From: Lingula anatina
Lineage: Eukaryota > Animalia > Brachiopoda
DNA length: 64,000 nucleotides
Direction of reading: 5' to 3'
Assembly: GCA_051362555.1 (NCBI GenBank)
Contig: CM120641.1
Span: 40,430,401-40,494,400 of the forward strand
Shown: positions 13,951 through 27,100 of the stretch, piece after piece
Layout: every line of letters begins with the position of its first letter
Numbering within the stretch: position 1 is the first letter of the stretch
Notes under the pieces: model-generated
Told to the model about the DNA's origin: nothing
The model's database searches: none
What the model saw: the letters and a program-made list of their open reading frames with translations, nothing else
Position numbers and translations under genes: made by a program

Positions 13951-16900
13951 ATGGAATCTTCAAGTTCAAATCCAGATTTATTGGCCCTAGCAACAGCTAG
14001 TGTCCAGGCTCAGGAAAGATTGCACTTGGAGCTGAAGAAGAGGAAAGTGAAGAAGAGAGATGGTAAATCTACATCAGGTACTATAGTACAGTGCATAGTG
14101 TTCTGTTCAGTGAAATATTACATTTACACTTACTATACTGACTTTTAAACTAAGAAAACTTTTGATCTAGACCTAAATTAACATACACATTGTCAAGAAT
14201 TTCTGGTGACCTGTAGAGATATTTCAGTGTTATTAAATACCTGAATTGAAGTTGGCATAACAGTTTGACTATTATTCATTTCAGCATTTGACCATTCCAT
14301 ACAAGCATTAGAACATCTTCAGTCCTTGAAGGCAGAGCTTGAAGACAGAGATTTCAAGCTTCATGACTATAGTTCTAAGGTCACAGAAGAAGGACTGCAG
14401 TCTCTGAGGCAGCTTTGCCTCATGCATGTTCCCAGCTCTGTCACAGAAGATGTTAGAGGGTCATTTCAGGAAAAAATCCAAGATATATTTGAAGGTACTC
14501 ATAGATGTGTTCTATAGAAAGGAAACAAAACATTCAGATAAGATACATATAATTAGATTTTGTTGGTAACCATGTTTCACATAATATATTTGATTTAACC
14601 ATCTTTTTTTTTTTTTTTTTTTTTTTTGCACACAGTTGAATTCTCATACATTTGAGAAATGTCTGTTAATGTACAATGTATGTACTTTAAAATGTATAGA
14701 AATTTTTGCTAAACAACCCGACTTGGGTCTTTATAATACACAAAAGACATTGCCTGCAAACTGCCCGAAAGACAATCACTGCTGTTAGTTAATTATAGTG
14801 TGTGTGTTCATAGTCCGATAGATGTTATTTGATTTTTTTTTTAATTTAAAGCACGTAGATTGAGTGACTTTCAATTCCTGTATCGTTAAATGGTTATTTC
14901 ATTTTTTTTTTGCCACAGATTGATAAGATAATTGTAATTTTAGGTTGGAGCAGAGAAGTCTTATTTGCTGCAATCATAACTTGTCCATGGTACTGGGCCA
15001 CACAAGAAGAAAGAGGGCAGCAGGCCAAGCATAACTCTATTTTAGTGATTTATGTAGGGCAGGATGAGGAGTTCTTTGCTCCAATTAACAGACATTTTAA
15101 AGAGCAGCACAATGTTATAGATTTGGTGAGCAAGGTGTTTTGAAATTATTCAGAACTTATATCTCTGTCAGGTTTGCAATTAAATATCATTTTGTGTTCA
15201 CTTGTGTATCTAATGAATTGCCATATGTTTCCCATGTTTTTGTACTTTGTAGAAACATTAAATCTTTTTCTTAAAAATAATCTTTTTTTCAGGGATGGTT
15301 TTATGCCGCAGAAGTTTTTCATTTTTGCAACTATGCTGTTAAGGGAAAACAAAGATTTGTTGAGGCTTTATGTCTACCACAGACAGCAATCATATTTGAA
15401 TCTGACCAGTGGGTGAACATGAAAACTTCTCTTACCAGCCAATTGCTCAGTGAGTAAAACAAACATTTTTTTAATTCATACATTTAGCAAACATGGGAAG
15501 ATCAAATATGACATTGCTTGAAATTTGCTTGCCAGAAATAATTTCCTATGTACATATTAAAATTAATTGAAAAAAAATCAATTTCTGAACATTCTGTCTA
15601 CAAAATTGAACTTAATATTAAGAATTTTGAAAATTTCATAAAACTGGTAAAAATACTTCATATTCTGAGGTTCTGCGTATGTACATTTTCTTCTCTGTCA
15701 TATTTTGACTATGAAAATCTTCATCAAGGCCATCTACTGATCATTTGACAATTTGAAAATTTAGCAAAAAAAAAAAGTAATAGTAAGTACTTGTAATTGT
15801 CAGTGAATAATAAAACAACAAAAATTATAATTAATATACAAAAGTTATTTGATTCTCCACAGATCTCAGGGGATTTTTGGAGCAGTGTCGGGGCCAAGCC
15901 ATTGGTGGTATATCCAAGAAGAGCAAAGTTTCTGGACAGATGCGGCTGAGTGATAAGGCTACACTTTATGAAATGAGCCAATCATTTCGCCTCTTACATA
16001 GTGCATCATGTGTCTTAAATGGTGAAATACCTTCAATGGACTGTATTCTGGAAGCTGATAATCTTTCAGATGTGGGCAAAGAAGCTCTCAGAAAACTCCA
16101 GGCAGCTTATCAGGTAAACATGAAATGACTAAGTTTGTGTTGAAAAAGATTTAAATCCATAGTCCACTAGAAGAATGTTCCTGGTGTTGTTATTAGAATA
16201 CTCAAGACTGGTGAAGTTGTTTTTCTTATTTTTGTTGAAATATAAGTCCTGCTTTTGACAAAAGTTATGGTTAAATTTTATTGTTGCTGTTTTTATCTCA
16301 GTATAATCATTACAGGATGAAACCATGTCCAAGCTAGACTTATTTGATATTGTACAGCGATGGAAAAAGGAGGTGGATTGTAAAATGTCCAAAGCAAAAT
16401 TCAATAAACTGGAAAAAGTACAAGAAGAGCTTGGCAAGTGGCAGGCTGATGTCAGGTGCTGTCAGAAAAATGTGAACTTCCAAAAACTGGGTAATGGAAC
16501 TGCATCATTACCTGTTTAATAATTAGGGTTTTATTATTTAAAAAATAATTTCCTTCAGATTAGAACAAGTATAAGGTGATCATGGTATCCTGAATGGTTA
16601 TTGGGATTGGTAATTCCTGATCATAACCACAAAAGAGGAACTTGTTCCCAATAATATTTTTTTATTTTTAAAAATGTCAAAGAGAGTAACATATTTCCAA
16701 TGGAAATTAGTGTCTTTAAAATGCCACTGTTTGAAATTAAATGTCTCCTAATGCATAAGAAAAAGGTAAGGGGTTGTGAATCATGGACCCCACTTTGCGC
16801 ATTATTTAGAAAGTAGCAAATATTTCATTCAGTTTTCTATTTCAGTTGTTGAAGATTCTGCTAGAGACTGCTTGCTGTCACTAATGAAGAAGATTGGAGG

Positions 16901-19093
16901 TCCAGTAGCTAGTATGGAACCTGAGCAAATAGTCATGATAGCACAAGCAGGGAGTTATTTATATAACCTGGCAACACCTGATAGTGATGTGGATTACATT
17001 ATAGTTTATCTTACTCCCACAGAGGTGAGTCTCAATTATGTTGTTCAAAATGGTTTCAACATTAGGAAAAAAACTTGAGAAAGGGAGAAAAAACTCTTAA
17101 GCCTAATTATTTCCCCGAATATGTTAGTCAAAATAGTGTGAATCAGGAAAGTGTACTGTCTAATTTGAAAAAGACCGGGATTAAAACGCTGAGTGTATCT
17201 TGCACATCATTTCATGATTATTTTACCAATTGAATATTATTGATATGATATCGTTATCAGAATTTCATAAATCCAGTCTGCTTATTATAAAGCATATAGT
17301 TTATTTTGAACATTTCAGAAAATAATAAGTTCCTGTGGCATAGGAAATGAATCGTATGAGAATCGTGGCCCCCAGAAGCAGTTTGAGTATGGAGCGTATG
17401 AGGCAAGACTGTTCTGTGAGATGCTCAGTAAAGGCAGTGTGGTCATCTTGGAGGCTAGTTTCAGAACTTTACTTGGATATTTTTTATAAATTAATTAATC
17501 AATTTTTATTGTACGGAGAGGGTGTAGTCAAATTCTTCTTTAATAGACATGCATGATGCAGCTATAATATTTGTAAAATCTGAAGAAGTTTATTGATGAA
17601 AGTAAACAAATGGTATGAAGATGTTATTCAAAGTTGAAGCATATCAGGAATATACGTAGGTATGTAAAACAAAGAAGCAGAATGTAATGATAAAAGTACC
17701 TTTCTCTCCAGGAAAAGGATAGAAGTATCTCTCACTCTATTATCTGTTACTTTTTTGTTTCTCCTACAGCTAGTTTTCTCTTTGGATCTGGAATATACCA
17801 GCTCAGCCTGGAGGGTAAGTTGGACAAACGATGACAGCTGTCCCATATGTATATAACTACAGTTGGTTAATGCCTTTTTTGTAGGATGTTTAACTGATTA
17901 AAAAACGTATGTAATCAAATATTAAAGCACATTATTTCTCTTCAAATCAACACTCATTCTTGTTATAGTTTAAGTGATAAGGTAATGATTTGATATTCTC
18001 AGTAGGTAAAATTGACATTGATGTTGAGTGGTAGCAACAAAGTAGAAAAGCAGGCTACCCTAAAGTTCTGTTCTCTACAGTTAAAGCACTTAAATGCTAT
18101 ACAGAATATATTTTTAAGGATTTCAAAATTATGTATTTGAAAGATTGACAGTTTTTTCCTTTGAAAAGTTGGTCATTACCATATTTTATTTTAAATGCAT
18201 GAGAATGATTAATCAGCTTACTAGTATGTTAATGGGGTCATAACAAGTGACAAGTTAACAATTTGAATGTAATGGACAAATATACTTGGCTTACTCAATG
18301 TTCATTATTTGATTTGTTGTTTATCATTATTAGATTTTTTGTATGAACAGGAATTGGTCAGTCATAAGCAAGACTTTGTGACAGAAACTGCCATCCAGCA
18401 ATACCTAGGTCTTGTAAAAAACAACATGAAAATGATTGAGGGTGGTAAACACCAGGGCACATCCAGGGAGAGGAAGCTTTTTTATCAGGTACATTTATAA
18501 CTATTCACTAGGTGTGTTGTACATTTCACAGGTTGCATAATTATTGAACTTAAATGCTATTTTAGATGAATAGTTTTAACTTTAAAAGTTTGACCTACTT
18601 CAGACGTTCCACAAGCTGGACAGCCTGGAGTTCTTCCTCCAGGGTAACCCGCCCCCAGTTAAATGTTCAGGGCACATCAAGGATTTCATCATGAAGATAA
18701 GACAAGGACCTCTTGAGGTAATGACAAGAATAAAATATTTTAAAACAAGTCGGCAGAAAATCCTAGCATTGGTTACTTCCACCATCAGAAATAACATCAT
18801 CTCTATTTAGAATGTTCGACCTTTACTGAACATTTCACCTTGTAGTCAGTTTCTTTTGTTTGTTATTAACCTATTGCATTTTTTAGAAGAGAGTTTCATA
18901 TTTTGAAGGACTTATTTATTTTTAGGGAGAAATTTCTAGAGAAATTTTGTTCAAACTGGCTGAAGAAAGACTACAGAAACTTCAATCTGCTTTTGCTGGC
19001 AGAGCTTGCAGGCTTCCAGAGCATGCTAACACAAAGTATCTGACCGACTGGCTGATGCGCACTAGGGGATGGAAAGTGGAGCCCCAGAGTTGA
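13951..19093 (+). CDS. Tandem RlaP/YcgL (Nuc-transf)-like Pol-beta superfamily nucleotidyltransferase, about 626 aa
   Basis: Exons 13951-14077, 14285-14494, (optional 14700-14783), 14944-15125, 15293-15449, 15863-16113, 16316-16490, 16846-17024, 17319-17453, 17770-17814, 18351-18488, 18604-18717, 18926-19093 join into one open frame. The C-terminal domain has AGSYLYNLATPDSDVDYIIVY (GS-x-DxD), YGAYEARLFCEMLSKGSVVILE, IMKIRQG and RLPEHANTKYLTDWLMRTR. A probable non-coding first exon ends at 12925 (AG|GTGAG). Confidence 0.8.
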
Positions 19094-21134
19094 TCTTCAT
19101 TTACATACAAAATATGCTAAGCATCTTTATATACTCGACCAAATAAGTTCAGAAACACCCTTATATTGAATAATTATAAATTAATCATATGAGCTCAGGT
19201 AAATATTTTAACCAAATATTGATGGATAATGCACCCACCATTTGTTACTCTTTTACACTGAAGACTTTCCCACTAAGTTGCAAAGTTTTTTAATTATTGA
19301 AAAACAAATTTAGGTTTCTTAACCTTTTTAGGTCTGGTGTAGATGGTGCATGTTGGTAAAGCTGTGATAACCTTACACAGGATTACATCTTTAATAATTT
19401 TATTTGCATGAGAGGATTATTTCCATACTTTTATTGTATATAGCATGCTGTTGTTATGTCACGAGAATTATAGTAAATGTTTTCCTACATAACTGTGTAA
19501 TAAGAAGTAATTTTAACTTATGAGTGCAATGTTTAAATGTTATTAGTTGAAAAAATAGTGTACCTTACTATGTTAATCATGTTGCAGAAATAGCAATATA
19601 TTGCACCAAGTAAACAAAGGAATCTGCAAATATGAGAAACAGGCTTGAATGGACCTTTCCTGGTAGAAAGGATTTTCACACGGTTATTCCTTATTTCTCA
19701 TGAATAGTGTTAACTTTTAACATCTGGCTGGTGTTTGCAAATTTGTTCTATTCATTCCCACAATGCCTTTTCTGTTCTTCCTTTTCCATTTAGAAATTCC
19801 TTGATAAGACAAAGATTTTTAAGCAGCCATGGTCAAACGTATACAATGTAACTGTGCCCCATCTCCAAGAATTGGGATTTGATGTCAAAAGTTGAGGCAA
19901 AGGGAGGGCAGTGTGTGCATTGAGTTACCAACATCTCTACATGTTATCAAATGCCTCAGGTTATTGAATTTGCAGGCAAGGTAAGAGTGAGAAAATGTAC
20001 AAATCATGTCATTTGTATGTCAATATTCATGAATACTAAAATAATAAATACCAACAATCAAACTATTTTTTATTGCAAAGGAAGTTTATTTCATCTTTGA
20101 AAAATATGTAGCATGTGATTGAATGTCATGTCAAAAATGTAAACCCATGGGTGTTGTTAACTTCAGCTGGCTTTTCCATAATTCAATACTTCTGTTTTAA
20201 TGTGTAGTCTGTGGTTACAAATCGAGACATCACTGCTTTTAATCATTGTCCAACCATTAAAATCCCTTGATTACTTCCTATTTGGAGATTAAATTATTTC
20301 AACTATTCTTCAAGGTCCTTCTTGGCCCTCCTTGTATGTGGTGCTCTAGCGATCATTACCTGAAAGATAAAATTATGATATCTTTAAAACAATATAATAT
20401 GAAGAGAAAGGGATACATAAAAACGTCTTGATCAACAACATCTTCAGACACTACTAGCATAAAGCATTATTCACATTTTTTGTTTTTCAAAAAACTGCAG
20501 ATTGGACCTAAGGGCAGAAATCTTCATGATGTAAAAATAAAACTGTTAAGTCGCATATGAAATGTATCAGGTTAAAGTATAACAACTACAACATGTGGCT
20601 GCTCTAGAAGGATAACACAAAAATAATGTAGAGGAAATGGCAGAAAGTATCAACGATGCCAAAAAGTATAACAACAATAGCATCTAACAACATAATGGGT
20701 GACCAAAAAAGGATAAAATAAATGCAGAACAACCGATTAGGGGACTACAAACTGAAAGCGGAAACAAAGTGGACAGTCATTCAGAAAGAATAATTTTAAT
20801 GAACATTATGTATAAAGAAGCTTTCCAGAATAAGCATACATCTATATAACTGCAATTTATGAGGAATAAATATAAAGTAACATTTAAAAGTATGAGTCAA
20901 AAGACATTGGCATCGATTACATCATGCTGTGTGTGTGTGTTTGTTTTTTTTTTTTGGGGAGGGGGGGGGGGGGGAGGAGGCATAGATAGATAAATGTATC
21001 TCTATGCTCTGCAGCAGGGTTTTGAGGACTAGATTTCCTTCTATCTCCGGTTTTAACACATTAAAACAGCATGCTGGTGGTTACACTGACTTCCAGTCAC
21101 TGGTCATGCAGCCAACTCTGTTATGGAAATAGTC

Positions 21135-24100
21135 TTACTCTTTTTTACTGGCATTAACCTCTGCGGCGTTACCTTCCTCATCATCCCTCTGATCATCGTC
21201 ATCCTCATCGTCACTCTCCTCAGTGGTACTTTCCTCCTCTTCCTCCTCGTCTGACTCAAAGGTGTTATCAGGGATGTCATAGATTCTAATCATTGGCTTG
21301 AAAAAAGAAAGCATTTTCAAATTAAAAAGTATATCAGACATAGCAATGCTAAGTTATGTACTGGCAACTTCTAAAACGTATCAAAGTGAATTTCATGTCT
21401 ACCTAGGCTTTAATTGCATGAGTAAGAACATGTAAATGGCAAGCACAAATAGAAAAGACATACTTTTTTTGTAAATATGCAGTAACTGAATGCTTAGCAC
21501 AGCTCAAAATTAGTTACCAAGCAACCATTTTTCCCTTTTATAATGAGAAATACTCACCTTATTAGGGTCCTTCATAATTAAATATTTTCCTTCCTTCATC
21601 TTCATAAGTGTGTCTACAATACACCTCAGTATACCCCATCCATTGTCCATACTCAGGTTGATCTGACTGGCAAACTCAATGGGCTTGAACTGCTGTGTGC
21701 CTAGGATCACATGCTTGGCTGAGTCACGTTGGTGAACACGAGAAACATACCTGTGAAAAAACACAAATGGATGAGCAAAATGCTAGATAAAGAGAAGTTG
21801 CTACTAAAAGAGCAGTGAAACATGGACAGCCTGAATCAACGTGTTCATCTCAGGAAATCACACGTTTTTTTAAATTTGAAAAATAATTGATTGATCACTT
21901 TTTCTGTTTAAAAAATAGAAGAAATTCAGGTTAGTACAAGCATAGAGCATTACCCAAACTTAATCTGGTCAGATCCAGCCAGCAGAGCACAGACAGTCCA
22001 CTTGGCCAGTTTACAGCTATTGTTCTTCAGCTCAGTAGCAAGAACAGCTCCTCTCTGAACATCCAAGCGACTGCGCCAATCAACACCACCAGAAAACTGG
22101 AAAGAAAAATAAAGGTCATGACAAATTGTACTGCACATCACCGGTAAACTGAAAATTATTTTCAATTAATTTTTCTCTTGTGAAAACAGATTCGTGAACT
22201 GTAATTCGCACTTATAAACTAAAAAGTTAGCAATGTATGAAGTATCTAAAAGTCTGCACATTTTCAAAAAGGATCGAGTCTGTGCTTGTCTTTTCAGTGC
22301 TTAACAATAGAAGAACATTGCAATCTTACCCTAGAATCCCACTCATTAAGAGCCTTGATGTTAATGAAATTGGTCTCATTATTGGGTCCAACCATTACAC
22401 CATCATGCTCTGTGCGGCAAATCAGTTCAATATCATTTCCAAGGTCCCACTTGCGATACCTATAATGAAAAGAAAGATTTTGAAAGCCACCAGTATTGAT
22501 GAATCAGAAGAAGGTTAATGCTGACCAAAAGAACTAAACTGCTTGAAAAATTAGACAATACGGAATTTCAACAAATGTGAGCACCAGAAAATTATTAGCA
22601 CCCATATAATAAAACACTTCTTAAAAACTTAAAAAGCATTGATATGAAAATTTTAATTTTTCAATATTCTATAATTACAAATATTTACCTGTATCCAACA
22701 GATGCCACCTCTCCGTCATCTTCCTCCTGAACAAATGGGTTCTTGTTCTCAAAGCTGAATTTCTCCTGGTTCTGAAAGTTCATAAAGACAATAAATGTGA
22801 AATGCTGTCAGAACATATGATAACGAAACAACAGGAGTAAACCACTAAAATTATATACAAATTTTTGTATATGAATAAAATATGCATAAAATGTGCATTA
22901 AATATGAATAAAATATGCACAAAATGTCTACTTCAAAGCCAAATAAACATGGGCAGGTCAATATGGCCAGTGTCCAAACATCAAATTTTCAGATATTGAG
23001 TCACTTTTAAAAAATTCGCAAATGGAGGTGAAATGCTGACTAACCATCTTGAGAACCTGCTGAGAGAAATTATGGTTGATGAAGGTTGCCTCTAGAGCCA
23101 AGCTTCTTGGGGAGTTGATGCTTGTCCCTTCTTCCTGGGGTGGTTCTATAGCTGTCTCACTCACAGTCAAAAGATCTAATCAATAAAAACATAAATATAT
23201 CAGTTTATTTGCAAACAAAGGCATGCATGTAAAAACAATTATTTTGCAGTATGTTTCAGAGCTGAATTATTCAAAATCTCTGGAGACTGTATTATATGCA
23301 AAATAAATCTGCATTATAACCTTTCACAGATCCTCACCAAATTCAGAGTCATCTCTTTTATCCAAGAAGAGCTTGTTCCCAACTCTCTGTGCCACTATGT
23401 CCCAGGAGTAGGTGGAGCGTGTACAACACATGATGGTAGCCAGGATAACATCAGTGGCAAACACATTGCCTTTACTCTTAGCAAGCTGGAATTGAAATCA
23501 ATCTCAAAATTTTATTTGTTTCACATGAACATAAATCGGTATCATGCTAATTAAAGCACCAGGTATGGGCTAGAGTTTAAAATTGACTATTTCTTTCATA
23601 TATTACTCAAGTTTCTTTCATATAAAAGTTATATATTAAAATGAATTTATTTATATTTAACAAACATTTTTCTTCCTCAGTTAATATTTTGAAAATTCAA
23701 TCCTATTTCACATTTGTACATTTGGACAGACATGCTGTGTCTAGACATACAGCCATCTATCACCTGTATGTATGTCAGCACCACTAGTGTGGCGGTGTGC
23801 TTTCCTGGATTTTTGCTCTGTTCTTTTTGTTGCTCATGTGATCCCACTAGCAACAGAACTTTATGTAAGTGCAGCACATCTTACCTTCCTGATTACTGGG
23901 TCATCAGTGGTGGTCACTTTGTGAAAGATTCTATTCACACGCTTCAACTTCTTCTCATTCTTAGTGGTCACTCTGTCATAAGACTTATTGTAGTACTCCA
24001 TACTACCACAACATACACTGGAAATAAGTTGGTTGATATAAATATATAGAGTTTCAAATTTTAAGAAATTAAGCAACACCTAATATGCACAAAAGTCATT

Positions 24101-27100
24101 GCATATTTTCTAAAAATCTGTAATACAAGTGATGAAGGTTCAGGTTTGGGAGGCATGAATACAATACCCAAATATACGGATTAATTTCTACATAAATCAG
24201 GAAAACTTTCATCTTTACTTGTAACAGATGAAAACTAATGAAAGCCTCTGGGAAAAAATTGAACAAGCTCTCCTAGTAAGACTCACATATCCTGTGGTTC
24301 CCCTACAGTCGGCAGGCTGAGCTTGGTAAGCCGGGGGAAGTCCATCTCCTCCACCACATCCCAAGTGTCACGCACCTGCACTGACGCATCACGGTGCTTC
24401 AGCTGAATCTGAAAACAAGGAAACTATGCATTTAGTACACTGATCAACAGAGGAAAAAAACATAATCTTATTGTGGTGGTCAAAGTTATGAAATTATGAA
24501 CATTTATGAATATGTTTTGGAACATTGGTGAGTTTGTTCCCACTTTCCTTCCACCTTCCTATTTTAGCTCATGCTTCTAAAATACAAACATCTTTAATAA
24601 AGTTATCTTCAACATTTGACTGAAACCTCTTCCTTATTTGGCAAAATAAACCCAGTTATAGACTTGCGTTCTACCACAGTCAACTCTGAACTGCAGTCCA
24701 GGAGCATGCGCACAAGTAGGCAATTTATCACATTTTTGGTAGGTTATTAGTACTGTTACACAAGTGTTTTTCTTATGGAAATATTTCTTTTATGAATATT
24801 TATTAAATATTTATGCAGCATAACAATCATTGCTACTTGTACCGTCACATTGTTCACATCATTACCTTTTAATAAGTACAATAGTGTGAATGCTTAATAA
24901 AAGGTATCATTGATAAAAGTTCTGTAAATGTAACCTTAAAAGCAGTGTTTATTCCACTGCAGTTCTATTGGGATTTATTGAACTGCAGTTTGAAAGTGTG
25001 TAAGGTCCTTACACTTTACTGCATCAGATATGAATGTTTTTTCACTTTTCACACAGATGTTTTTTTAAGCTTTTTTTTTTTTTTTGAATACTCACTGCTG
25101 CATCTGATATATGTTTTAAGAACACTCATTATAATTCTCTCAAGATTTCTACAAACAATTAAGCAAAAACACACAGCAAATTAATTGGACACAATCCATG
25201 GGATGACTTTACTTCCTAGTGTGTGGGCAGTAAATCTGAACAGCTACTCCAGAGCTCTGGTATAAGAGCATAAAACAAGTAATTTATCCTTCACAGATTT
25301 TCCACTACTTTAAGCTGTTAACAACCAGCTGTCCTGGAGACAAACAACACTTTATCAAGCCATATATCTCAAAACATTGGAAGCATGTATGGGTTATGTT
25401 TGGTGTGGGCGGTCTCCTGGCCTGTTTTTTATCTATCAACACAGAAGAGTAAATGACAAGACATTTAAAAGATCCTGTTTCTAACCAGATATCCTATTTG
25501 TTGAACTGGTTAAGTAAGTACAATAAGAGCTAGGTCAGGAAAAGTGGGACCCTTTTCAATATAGGTGACTAAGAAACTGCCTACACCTATAATTTTAGTA
25601 GCTGTACTTACGCATAATGCTTACGGCTTCTGTGGGATACAGTCATGTCTAAGGTAAGTGGTAATTAAAACTGAAATAGTCGCTCCCCAAAACATTGGAA
25701 GCATCATAGACTATTCTTCCAACTTCATTAAGTTGAAAATAGGAAGGGGTTTATGGTAATTAATACATTTGACCAGAAGAAGGTAATATGAAGGTGAGAT
25801 ACCGTGTAGATAGAGCAGTGCGTATACATGGTAGGCATTAAAGGCTATGGTGTTTTTTAACGCCTTGGAATCTTTGGGGTTTTTTGTAACATAAAATTTA
25901 TGAAGTCAATAATTTACACATGAATCTGTCGACTCAGAACTTTATCTAGCTCCAGTCAAATCATAGTTGTAAGTAACCATTTTAACTTCTCTTCTTTTCT
26001 TCCAGTTAAAGATGTTGAATGAAGCACAACTGTTGCTTTTCCTATGTGTGTGTATAGGAACGTCAAAAGTACTAGTATCTGGGGCACCACAGCAAGAAAG
26101 CTGTCCACATGATTGCACATGCCAACCATCAAGTTTGTGGGATTTTTTAGAAAGCAAGATGAAAGAAGTAAACACAGTGTATGGAACAAGTGATAGTCTT
26201 TCCAATACAAAGACGAGCTTGACAAGCCTACTAGACCAGCTGAAACCCTTCTTTCAACTATTCCCTTGCTTAAACATCCAATGTGCTGTTCATGATGATT
26301 GGAGCTTTGACTTAAGTGAAAGTGTCAAATATGCCACTTCACAAGGTGTTTTTGTTACATTGAATGTTATCTGCCCCAGAGGAGCTGTGCTAAACTGGAC
26401 AGACACTGCCCCCTATAGTCAAATTGCTGGTCTGACAGTAAGGGGCTGTGCTTTACAGAAGAACACAAACATTTCAATTGAAAACACAGTTAACCTGATA
26501 GAAATAGATTTCTCTAATGTTGGCACAAACTGGTTTAGGCACGTTACAATCCATGCTCAAGCACTTTCCAATGTGTATAAATTAAGCTTAGAAAACAACA
26601 ATCTCACTACTTTTCCACTTGACACTAGTGGTTTTGGGATGAAAAACCTGCGCTGGCTGAATTTAAAAGGTAATCATTTTAGTTCAATAGACTGCGCCCT
26701 GCTGGAGAAATACGATACTTTAGTGGACATAAACATGGACAACAATTTAATCACAACCATCCCAAACTGTGTGACACAGCACAGATCTCCAAACCACGCT
26801 AAATTACATTTACGTCACAACCTCATCACAGACCTAGAAGCATGGTATGAACCAAAACGCGTCACCAGCTCTTTGTGGGGTCTTTATCTTGACTACAACA
26901 AAATCACAAGTCTGCGCAGAATTGCCAGTTGTAACCTACAGATTATTCACCTCAGCCACAACAATATCAACTACATCGAACCCTCCACATTCTGGAGTTT
27001 GAAGTACCTCATGGACGTTGACCTGAGCTACAATATGTTGAGCTACATAGAGCCAGGGACATTCACAGGTCTTCCCATAATAGACAGATTAGACTTGAGC

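Noticed and set aside
14910-14943. Acceptor at 14918 as the start of NTase exon 3
   Set aside because: It gives an immediate stop after a phase-1 intron, whereas the acceptor at 14943 keeps the frame. It is not evidence of pseudogenisation.
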